A stretch of 64,000 nucleotides of DNA, from positions 19,304,101-19,368,100 of the forward strand of contig NC_092677.1 in assembly GCF_964355755.1 (NCBI RefSeq). Reading direction: 5' to 3'. Positions 1-11,600 of this stretch are shown one piece after another. Made by a program: the position numbers and the translations under genes. This stretch comes from Antedon mediterranea. Its lineage: Eukaryota > Animalia > Echinodermata. The notes under the pieces were generated by a model, which was not told the DNA's origin, did no database searches, and saw nothing but the letters and a program-made list of their open reading frames with translations. Each line of letters begins with the position of its first letter. The first letter of the stretch is position 1.

Positions 1-1084
1 TATAATTAAAAATTAATTTTTTTCTCACAACACAACTAGAACTATATAAACATTAAGAATTTTTCTGACCAATGAGTTTCAAATCAAATAATCAAAGAAA
101 ATAAAATGTTTTTACTAATATACCATGTTTTTGTTTTTTTATAAAAATGCCTATGTTTCTTGCAACACTGCTTGTAGATTTTAAATTTACCCCAGTATTT
201 TATTTTAGAAATCAATTATTAAACATTAGAACTACCTATTTGTAATAAATCAGCTAAAAAAATACACCACTTTGGGCGTTATGGTGAAGTAAAGTTTAGT
301 TGCATTGAACAATTTAAAAAAAGTGAAAAACACCCCTTTTTAAATAAATGGTATCTCCCAAAGTATGAAATAAAAGAAAATAAAAAAATTTTAAACAGGT
401 ACACAATGCATTGTTATTATGCATACACTAATTATTTTTTATAATTAAATGAACAACACAAAAATATCGTTCATCAAAGTAGTGCCAATATCCATTTTAA
501 AAAACCTTAAAAAAGGACAAAATTTGTCAAAAACACAAATTTGGCCTTTGCCATGGAAATATACGTGTGAAATAAAAAATACTTCATATTTGATTTCTCT
601 CAACACATATATAGCCATGTGCAAAATTTGAAAGAAATCCATTTTTTGAGTCTGCCACTCTTTTTGATATTTCTTTGATTCTTACAGACAATGGCTCTTA
701 AAAATAAAGGAATACTTTGTGTATAACAAAATCAATGGCTGTAATTTTATTCTTGCCAATATTTTTTTTTTTTTTAATAATAATTTGTCAGGGGCCGGGA
801 AGAGTGCGCTTTTATTATACTTAGTCATTCCATGTGGTCATTACGCATGACAATGAACTGGAGATTGGTTATAAATAGAGTGACACCCAACAAAGTCTGT
901 AATGGTGCTATCATTTAGGTCAAGCCTGGCAACACTTACTTTTTAGTACAGTTTTTTATATTGTACATTTTTTTTATTATGTATAGTTTACAAGCTTTCT
1001 AGTTTAGTGTTTTTTGGAATACCTTTCATCCTTAATCCTTAATCATAATTAATATACACATTTTATTTTCACTCTAATTTGTAG

Positions 1085-1279
1085 CTTGACATGTGGTGGG
1101 ATGGAATCAACGCATTACGTGGTCAAGAGATGACTAGCGAGCAGACAAAATCAGACCTTAAAACACTTCTGGGAATGGAAATGAAATTAAGGTTATTAGA
1201 TACTGCCAACATCAAGATACCAGCCGAGAGCCCACCTATTCCACCACCACCATCTAATTATGATTTTTACTATGTCTAA
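1085..1279 (+). CDS. ELMO: Terminal coding exon of an ELMO/CED-12 paralog (paralog A); upstream exons lie left of the window
   Basis: Acceptor ttttcactctaatttgtag|CTT at 1084/1085. Translates [64 protein letters not shown], matching the ELMO C-terminus (W.DG.NAL.G..M.S, MEIKLRLLD, PPPIP..PSNYDF). Same phase-0 intron position as the last exon of the minus-strand gene. Confidence 0.93.
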   Translation, partial: LDMWWDGINALRGQEMTSEQTKSDLKTLLGMEMKLRLLDTANIKIPAESPPIPPPPSNYDFYYV

Positions 1280-1445
1280 GATCATTTTACCTCTGCTTTT
1301 GCAGAGTATGCTTCTAAGACCAAATTCTTAATTATGTTATTATTCTGTGCAAAAAGCTAGCTTTAGCAGTTGGGTTGCTGTATATAGTATACTATTTTTT
1401 GTTTATATTTGAAAAATAAAAGAACTTCAAGAATTTATTTCTAAC

Positions 1446-1600
1446 AAGTGGTGTAATGCAGGGGGAAAAAGGCCCCTGGTTTAGCACTCCTAAGGGCCCT
1501 CCAACACTGGGTAGTTGCATTGGGGATGCTCATGCTCTGATGCACCTTAAGCCTTGGGGCCCTGGGTTTCTCCAGTGACCACATAGCCGTTATGCCACTG
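1446..1600. mobile_element. hAT-like MITE downstream of the paralog A stop codon (probable 3' UTR)
   Basis: Imperfect TIRs aagtggtgtaa / ttatgccactg; identical 8-bp flanks tttctaac at 1438-1445 and 1601-1608 (8-bp TSD is typical of hAT). Confidence 0.75.
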
Positions 1601-2028
1601 TTTCTAACATACACAATTGTTATAAATCAGGCTATATACTGTACATAGTGGACATTATAGGCTCATTTAATTGAAAACAAGAGGACCACAGAACAGTTTC
1701 TTTATATTATACAAAACAGATATTATCTTTATGGACAATTTACTTTATAAATGTTTTTGTCTAAGATTCTGTTGCTTAAGATTGCCATTTTATGTTTAAT
1801 TATGTGCAATTTTTTTCTTATTTCAATGACAGTTTTAGTACAGTGTGAAAATATTTTTTCATTAATTTTGATACCAAATTAAAATTGTCCTAAATTGTTA
1901 TACATTATTTCAAATACATTTTGTAGCCTTTAAATTTTGTAAATCAATGCTTTATTTAAATTCAAATAGAAAATAGTTGAAATATTGTATGTTCTGAATG
2001 TTTTTTTAGGTATAGTGTGTGACTTAAT

Positions 2029-2080
2029 AATAAAATGTATGCAAACTTATAGTTATGTGTTTGTTACTGTATTGAATAAA
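2029..2080 (+). promoter_or_regulatory. Candidate polyadenylation signals for paralog A
   Basis: AATAAA at 2029-2034 and 2075-2080 after a U-rich 3' UTR-like tract. AATAAA is common in AT-rich DNA, so support is weak. Confidence 0.35.
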
Positions 2081-5000
2081 ACATTTTCATGGACTACTCT
2101 AAATTAGCAATATAAGATAAGCTTCAGTAGTAGCAAATCTACCACGCCTATAAAAAACAACTGTCCAGGCTTCAGAAGCTACAGTTATTGTAATGACGAG
2201 AAATAATGTATTTAAAAGGTCAATAAAACTGGATGGATTTCCATTTGAACAACAAAAATCACCAATTATTGCTGTACAAGGCTGTAGGCTGGTATAGGGA
2301 TGCCTAAAGAGATTGCAGAGGCAGAAGCAGAATTTAATACTGAACACCGCTAGACTGCAGTAAGTGAAAAATCAATATCAACTGGAAGGTCAAATCTAAA
2401 ATACGTGTATACGCATATGATGTATGATCTTATTATTTCCGCTGCCACAGTAACCAATTCCAAAAAAAGTTTCGGCAATTGGTCTTTATCTTGAAAATAA
2501 GTTACTTGTTACACTCTGCATAGCCACTGCCAATAAACTGATAACACTAGGTCTATCTATATTTACTTTATTTTTCGAAAAAGTTAATGAAAAGTAGATA
2601 AACGGAATAAAACTAAAATAATTAATGTACCCTAAACACAAAACATAAAATAATTATTGAAATTATTATATAAAGGTAAAAAAATACTTTACATACCAGT
2701 ATTTAAAAAATATTAGTGTGCATTTGTGAATACAAGCATAAAATTAGCACCAATATTTAAAAATGTAGAAATGATTAACATGGTTAATATTTAAACAAAT
2801 CCAAAAACTTCATCTTTAAATGAAAAATATATATAAATATTACGTTATCACTACTGTTTTAAATCATACTTTAATTAAACTTCTGCAATACACTGTTGTT
2901 GTTTTTTTTAAAGTGGAAATACTCTGTAAACTAAGGTTATCAATATTGTAATCAATTCTAATTATTTATTAATTCTAATTATTGCAAAAAAAAACAATTA
3001 CATACAAAACAACAGGAACTAAGAGAGTAGACAGGAGCCTTTAACAAACGTTCCTTACACTCAAAGTAACACCAATAAAATATAACAATTTCAATAAAGA
3101 AACTATATAGATACAAATAAAATACAAAAATAACATTGATACAGTGCTTTCATCTTTTCCCCACCTTCTTTTGATTTCTAGGACATTTCTATTGAATGAA
3201 TAAACAAAGATAATGGTTTGCTCAATCAAACCATAAAAAACATTCTGGTTTTTGTGAAAACACAAATACTATTAAACACTTTAAACATTAATTTATTTGT
3301 ATTATTCATTGAATGCAGAGGACACCATAGTGCATTACTGTTGAGTCAACTTCAGAGAACAAAACAGGACACACAGACTGACAATTTTTAAATTCATTAA
3401 AAAAATTTAAAAAGAGATAATTTCAATTTCAAAAAACCAGTGCCAGACTCCAGAAAAGGTTAGTACAATATTGTCAATGCTTTTAAAAACAGCAGAACAA
3501 TTTTACACAGACATTCACAAGTACAATGAAAAACATATTTGTACACACAGAAAATCTGTAATCACGATTAGATTCCTTAAACTACAGTATTATTATCATC
3601 ATTAATATCATCATCTTTATTCTAAGGCCAAAAATGTTATATTGCCCAAACCCAAACTTGCTAAAATTTAAGAAAATCTAGGGTTGCATTTTTTCTTACA
3701 ATTAAAAACAATACAGCGTAGAGTCTAGTCCAGTGTTCCGCAAACTTGTTACTGCGTTTCCTAAAATATGGTTCATGGGACAAAACCCCAGCCATAATTT
3801 GTACAAAAAATGTACAATACCATTGAACAATGTAATGAAGCAAATATGAAATTCCACCATGTCAATTTTAGGAATAATTTTTTTTTTTTTAGGGTATAAA
3901 ATAGGTGACCATGACGACAAGCATAAATTTTCCTTTTATAATGTGCACATCATCATTTTCAAAAGCGGAGAAAGAAAGTAAATGTATACTTAAAAAGTAT
4001 ACTGTTTGTCTGCTAACCCTTTCACTGCGCAGCATTAGTCCCACCTACATGTGCAATATTTATGTGTGAAAAAAGTGATTTTAATAAATGGCAAAACAAT
4101 ACTAAATGAGATAATGTAATTATTTTTGTGGTGTGTGGGGGGCAAAAGGTTGGTCTATGGTTATCAGTAAAAAAAAAAAATTTGCATATTAATGGCATCA
4201 TGTGACATCATTACAGCTATTTGGAATTCCTGTTTTTTGTCAATTTAATGATAAAAACTATTTTTTCTATAAGAAATTCTTATGGAATATGGGTTTCCCT
4301 CTTTTTTATGAAGATATGTATATATAATAAATAAAAATATCGAAAATATTTTTATCGTTTTATAAAAAATGTTGCATAAATCAAAGTTTTGGGTCAAAAT
4401 CGTAGATTATTCTATAACAATTATTTCAGATTGTTTTTTTCTGTGCGAATTACGATGAACACGACATTGCCCTATTGCAGTGGGTAAAATTTGGTAACTG
4501 GAGGATGTTTTTGCGCCATTATAGCTAATAATACAACTTTCCAAGGTCGAAATGGTTATAACGTGCAATAGCTATTCCCCAGAGAGCATAACTTGAAACT
4601 GCAATTTCAAGACGATATTAACATATAGAGGGCACATATTGTGATTAAAAATAGTTGTAATTGCAAATTTCTTAAAAGTTTAGCAAAAAATTAAAGAGGG
4701 TGCTATATATTATATTCAAATATGATTAAAGAATTGTATTTCCCATAACCGGTAATACCGTGTATACGTAGTTCAATGACATTTGTTTATTCCGGGTATA
4801 CACAGAGAAGGTGTTAATGACAAAAATATACTAATTCTCTTTTTTTGTAATAAAATGTGATGGATAGATAAGGAATATACAGTATATGAGATATTGATAT
4901 ATTAACAATTTTTAAAAACAATATTTAAACATTTGTATCTTTCCCAGGTAAGGTTGATTGACAAATATTATAGGGGCAGGGGTTGGGTGTCATGCCAGTC

Positions 5001-5410
5001 AGATTCTACCTTACATGATCACTATAGTAATGCACATTACCAATGACCGAAATTCATGGATGATGAAACAAGGATGTCAGATTTTTACTAGAAATTGTGC
5101 ATTTTTATAAAAACAAAGGCAAGAAACTTTATCCGTGCATATTTTAGCATTTGATTTGTTTACTAAACATCATTGGTTTTTTTCTTCAATCTTTCAAGCC
5201 GCCTGCAGCTCATAGTTTATGGAAGGTCGGCATAGTCTACTTTAATCTACATCATTTTCCTAACTGTCTACAACACCCAGCCTATTTTGTTTTACCTGAA
5301 ATTGAGATTTTGTAGTGTTTTTTTTAGCAACAATTCATATTTATTCAAAACCAACTAAAAAAATGACCACTTTTCAATAGATGATACTTTAGGCATTAGT
5401 AACTTATCTG

Positions 5411-5611
5411 TTATTCAAATCTGAAGTGAAAGTTAAGGTTGCTTGGGGGTGGAGGAATAATGGGCTGTTCAGTGGGAATGGTAATATTAGTTGTGTCCAG
5501 TAGTCTAAGTTTCATCTCCATGGTGAGTAGGGTTTCTAAGTCTGTCTGGGTTTGATGACTTGTCATTTCTTTACCAATTAAAGTATTGATGCCATCTATC
5601 CACAAATCAAA
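5411..5611 (-). CDS. ELMO: ELMO-B coding exon 19 (terminal): end of PH domain, EAD and proline-rich tail
   Basis: ttattgcag|TTT; [66 protein letters not shown]. Confidence 0.95.
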   Translation of the reverse strand, partial: FDLWIDGINTLIGKEMTSHQTQTDLETLLTMEMKLRLLDTTNITIPTEQPIIPPPPSNLNFHFRFE

Positions 5612-8600
5612 CTGCAATAAAAGATGTCACAATGTATCACTGGCAGTATGAACATAAACATGTTTCTGATTTCACAGTATGCAATATCAGTTGCTCTACT
5701 TAAAGATGGGCTCCTGAAATAAAATTTATAATCTTTTACTTAATGCAAGAACAAGGTTGTATAATTAAATTAAACATCTGGCTTGAAAATTTTCAGTGGT
5801 GAAATGTTGACTGCTCAAGTTTCAATTCTCAATTTCCAGAGTCCAGATCAATTGGCATATTTTGTTTTTGTTTTTCCCTGCAAAAAGTTTTCTGGTAGAT
5901 GTCCTCTGAATTCAGGGGACATCCCTATTAAGGGGACATCCCTATTCAGGGGACATCCCTATTAAGGGGACATCCCTATTAAGGGGACATCCCTATTAAG
6001 GGGACATCCCTATTAAGGGGACATCCCTATTCAGGGGACATCCCTATTAAGGGGACATCCCTATTAAGGGGACAATTTGTTAGGTCCAGAAGGTTTCCTC
6101 TTAATATGGGTTCTACTGCATACAGTAAAATAAAATTTTTATAAATATTTACATTTTAATGATCTTTTTTCCGAAAAATAATCTCATTTTCAAAGGAAAT
6201 TTTCAGACAAAATATACAGCAGTTAAGGCATATTTCAAATTCCCCAATCATAAAAAACACAATTATATTGAATTATGTTGTCATAAATGTTATTTTCCCC
6301 GCACCATGACTTGACAAGATGATACAATGTCAGAAATATATTTATTGGATCCCTCCTTAGACTTCAACATTTAAGCCAATATTGATTGTACTTACAGAAG
6401 GTTGGTTGATAAAAAAGAAGTCAAGCGAGTTATCAGGATCGTAGATAATTGAACAACATGTATTTACAGTAGTACCCTAAAAAAAGAAATTATGAACATA
6501 TAGTACTTTTTTTTTCCAATAAATTGACTTGAACTAACACTAACTTGACTAAAGATAGAGTAACATGAACATGCCAATGAAATGTTTGAATTTCCTAGAA
6601 ATCTAAATAAATCTTTCTTACCCTTCTATTCTTCAATTCCTTTGCAAAGTAACATTCTTTTCCAACATTTAAAGTTTGTATGTCGGCTACCAATACTGAA
6701 ATGAAGAAATTTTAATTTTAAAAACTATTTTTGGGGTCAAAAATTATATAATAAAATATGATTTCACTCATTATTAGACTTTATTAAATAGTATTTATCG
6801 ATTTAATAAAGTCTAATAATTGACAAAAATTATAGAACCAAAGTTATTAACCATTGTATACTTCATTAAATATTATGAAAGTGTCAAATACGGTTCAGTG
6901 GTCTATTACCCACTATGTAAACTAGAAGTCATGGGTTGGAATCCATTTGTTCCAGTTCCAAAATAAATTTCCATCATCTGCTTACTTGGTAATATTGTAT
7001 AGCAATATATCTAGTAGATTAAAAATAACTTTTTACTTTTGTTCTGAAGAGGATCATCAATGCTGGGAACGACACCATCTTCAGTGTCACCATACTGAAG
7101 TACCTTGTTGTTAGGGGAAAGACGACAGTACCAGAATTTACCTGAAATTAATTAAATAGTTTTTTTACTTTTATACTTTTAAACCTATGTTGAAAATTGA
7201 TTTTATAGAATACAAAATAATAATGCGTAGGGCTGACAGAGGTCTGTCTAAGGTGACAATTTAGTCAAAATCTTTTTAGTAGTTTGTAATACAAGTCAAG
7301 ACTTTTTATAAAATGGGAGTTAGGGAAAACATTTTGTTTTGCTGTACTGTGCATAATAAAGAGCTAGGCCTAAATAGCGTACTCCATGTTTGTTTTCAAA
7401 ACACAGTATATAATAATGTTTTGCTGTTTGATTTTTGTGTGTTGTCCATATTTATATATCATGTAATACAATACTTTTAGCTTTTCCTGCTTTTTCTGTT
7501 ATTTTATAACAAAGTAAAAAGTAAAGTTAAAACACGCCGGCCATCGTTACAACACATTTTTGTTCACATAAACGTAAATTCCCCATCACCTGGTTCACAG
7601 GTTTTTGATTTTTCCTTGAAGGCTTACCAAATACTAAATGACCCTAGAAGTATATAAAACAAAAGTGGTCTACACTACCGTGCTACTAATCTAGTAGAGA
7701 CCCTTCCGATAGGGGGGGGGGGGGGGCATTCGTATATGTATATAAAAAAGTAAAACCTTGGTAAACAATTCGCAATTTCAGATTGAAATTGGAACTCCAA
7801 GTAAAAGAGAGATTGATTGTGTAGTACACTTAGACATTTATTTATATTAGGGCGCTATAGAGAACCTTACATCATGTCAAGAAAAAGTGCACGTGTATAT
7901 CATGTTGCAAAATTGAAAGTGTTTTCTGTGTTACCTGATGGATGTGGTTCTTTAAACAAAAACAAAATTTTTTTTTCTCAGAATGTATTGTTTTGTATGA
8001 AGATATTAGGGTGAATAACTGCTAGTTGGCAGTTTGACAGTATACAGTATTTTACAATTGTAAAGTCACATTTATTCATAAAAACAAGGTTATAAGACTA
8101 AAATGAAAATACGCTAGATTTATATTTATTTTTATTATTAATATGTTGTAGTTCATTTTATTAATATGAAAAATGACAATTTACGTTACAATCTTTATTT
8201 AGTTGATATTAGTGAAAGTCAGACCAGGACAAAATTCCAGAGACTTCGAGAAATGGTCAGAAGAATTAAGCATGCAAAATCGATCGCAATCTATGTTTTG
8301 TGATATATTACGGGTCAGAATTCAGGCTGAAAAGTATTTCATTGGCTGGTAATTATTATAAATATCTTTTTCTTCTGATTGTAAAAAAACAAAATATTAA
8401 TTTACAAACAATGGTTACAATAATCACATGGCTAATAAACTCTAATTTATTGGAACGATTGTGGGTGTGGGTAATATTTTTACGCTCACATTGTTGTGTA
8501 TTTATATATTGTCAGTGGAAGATTGGACAATACAATGTCTCTTAACAAATCTTTGCTCTGTTGTTCTATAGTTAAAACTGGTTAAATGTGTTAATCTGTA

Positions 8601-11600
8601 AGAATTGGGATAGGTCACAAATCTTCGGTGAGTTGCCGAGATGTATGATATTGTTATTAATCATTACACCTTTCGATTAGAATTAATGTTTGTGATATTA
8701 CTATTAATGATATGTACCACAGTTATGTGGCATTTATACTAGCTTAAAGTCTAAACTGTTTATGTATAACATTCGTATATCAAATGCATACTGCATAGCT
8801 GTGCTGTGTGTCGATCTAGCATGTTCGCCATCTCGATTGCTCTGTCTGGTTGCCATGACATCACTCATGAATCTATATATAAATTTACGTAAGGGCAAAA
8901 TTTGGTAAATCGCGCGTTATTTCTAGAATGTTTATTTGATGGTATATAAAGTTGGTTAGAATCTCGGTACTGATTTAAACCACCTGATGTAACCCTGTTT
9001 ACTAATTAAATTTAAAACGAATTTAGGTTCAACGATTTGCCCCAAATAGGGGTGTTTTCCAATCGTGGTATACACTGTCTAATGGATGTCCTCATGAAAA
9101 ATACCTGCACACAATAATACGAGGATACTTCGCATTTTCCTATCTCCTCCTACAATAATTGTTTTTAATAGCTGAAAACCGGTTGAACAGCTCGAGTACA
9201 GCATCATAATGTTGAAGACAGGCCGATTTTCTTTAAAAAATACTATTTTGATAGATTTACTGTACGATACAAATGTATTGATTTGCAATGAATGGAACAT
9301 TCCAATCTCTGAGACTGTTGTAGGTAAATTTATGAGCCTTTTGATTTAAAACAAGTAGGTAAATGTATGGGCCCTTGGAGAATAAAAATACTTTGACAAT
9401 ATTGTATACTGTACGTATTACTATTAACCATTTTTGGTCGCCATTTGAATCGAAATTGTCTTACTGTGAATGTGGTTTCTGTATAGATATATAAACAAAA
9501 TATAAAAAGAACATTTATTACCGTGACTGTGGGAGATTACTGACAGTTGCTTCTCAATGTTTGTATTAATTAATAATTATAAAAAATATAAACGTCGTAG
9601 TGGTGTATCGTTACATGTACTTTACTATTTCAATCGACTATAACAGGGACAGTTTTATAAGTAAGTATTATAAAGCATAAATGTTTTACTGTGTTTAGTG
9701 GTATTATTGATAGGCCTATAAAACATTTAAAACAATATTTCGTTACTGAGTGGATAGAGAATATATTTAAAAATTGTTCTTCCCATCCTCTTCCCCATCC
9801 CTCAATTCTAATGTTATACACAAAACACAAATTGGGTTTGTTTAAATGAGTTCAAATAAAAAAATTGGACTCATTTTTAAGACAAGGCCTAATTCCCAGG
9901 GTGCTAATTTTACATAAATCATCATGTGTATTTATTCGTTTCTGTAAACGACAATATACTATAGTCCTGCGGTACGTACATTTTTTACGCTGAACTTACT
10001 GTGTATTCGAGAACCATCTAGTATGAATAAAGTTAACTGAACTCAGTGTGAGAAAACTCAATTTAGTTTATGTAAATCATTAGAATAAAAAGTTCAGTGA
10101 AAATTAATCATTATTTAATATTAATGCTATATCATGGATGCAGTTACACTTTTAAATAGTACTGTATTTCTAAAATGTATTATTATGTTCATTGTTTTAG
10201 TGAATCGTACTTTGTATTTCACTACACATTACTACGAATAGTTATCAATACAATTGTTTAATTGAACGTGTGTGATTGATTCCGTTAGTGGCACCCTTCG
10301 CTGATTCCTAATACTTAATACAGATTGGCTAATCCTACTACATACATTCATGATTACGAAAACTATGTATGAAAAATAAAATTACAGATATTACCTGTGC
10401 TGCGCCCTCTAGCAATTTTTGGAAACTGCATTCCCTCTTTAAGGAAGTTAAGGCGTTGCCTTTTAATGACATCTAAGATTTCTGGTTTTATCTTTTCTCT
10501 TAATGCTCTGAAAATAAAAATAACTCAACTTTTACTTTAATATTTTAACAGTGAATAAAAAAATGGTAAATTACGCATGTGATGGTAAAAATGTTAAGAG
10601 TGCTTGTCACCAAAAATCAGACATGTTCGTAATTTAGTGGCAAGGGTCAAAATTTCGAATTGGCTCATATTTTGCACATTGGTAGACCTTGATGTAAGTA
10701 AACCTGATGTGTAGTTTGTTTGGTAAAATATCGCTTAGTTTTCGAGAAAATCGAAAATAACGATTTTCGGCCAATTTTGTTAATTTTTGGTGTATAATTT
10801 ATATTAAGTTTAACAGCCTCTGGAAACCAAATTTTGCAACGTAGCGTTTTAATATTTTACACTTACGTTAACTAGCATCTTGACAATAATTTAGTAAAGT
10901 TTCAAAAAATTTAATGAAATTCTAATATTTTTACTAATTAATTACTAATTAGCATATATAAAACTCTTAAAAAGTAGGGTAAAAACAAACGCGTTTTTTT
11001 TCATGTGCGACGAATTTTTTTTTAATAAAAAAATCGTCAATCTACTGTTTAGATACTAATATTTATGAATCAAGTAAAAACAATTTGGGGAAACTATTTT
11101 CCGCTCCGCGCCAGAGCCACAAAGTTGTAAGAAATTCAAAGATTTTATCTGTCGGCAAGATCAATCAGATGTACCTATTGTTCTCTATTTACAGATTTAA
11201 GGTAAATTTTACTACGAACTTTACTTTACAAACTTTAAAGGTAAACTGAAAGGTCCTGAATAATTTGGAATTACGTTTTAATATAAAAACATCTAAAAAT
11301 AAATTTCTAGTCAAATTTAAATGACTGACCCATGAAATTAAGCAATTACTATCTGAGCTCAATATTATAACTCGCTTAGCTTCATCACCTGTTATATTTT
11401 CCACTAGGTGAATTTATTCTTATTATTATTATAATATAATAATAATAATATTATTATTTTTTGCACTATACACGCGCATGCGCAGTTTATTTTTATCAAC
11501 AAAGTGTTCCCTTTGACGTGCGCGTATACGCAAAAATGTTTGATTTGCGCGAATAATTTCGCCTAGTGGAAAACAGGCTATATAACATAATGTTCTTATC

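Noticed and set aside
395-701. Possible right end of another TTAA-targeting DNA transposon (...ggCTC|TTAA at 695-701)
   Set aside because: The partner terminus would lie outside the window, so it cannot be verified.
4013-4817. Possible piggyBac-like MITE (ctaacccttt ... gaaggtgttaa)
   Set aside because: The TIR match is too poor and the left TTAA is imperfect.
6890-6960. tRNA-like A/B boxes
   Set aside because: Too degenerate to fold; at most an old SINE head.
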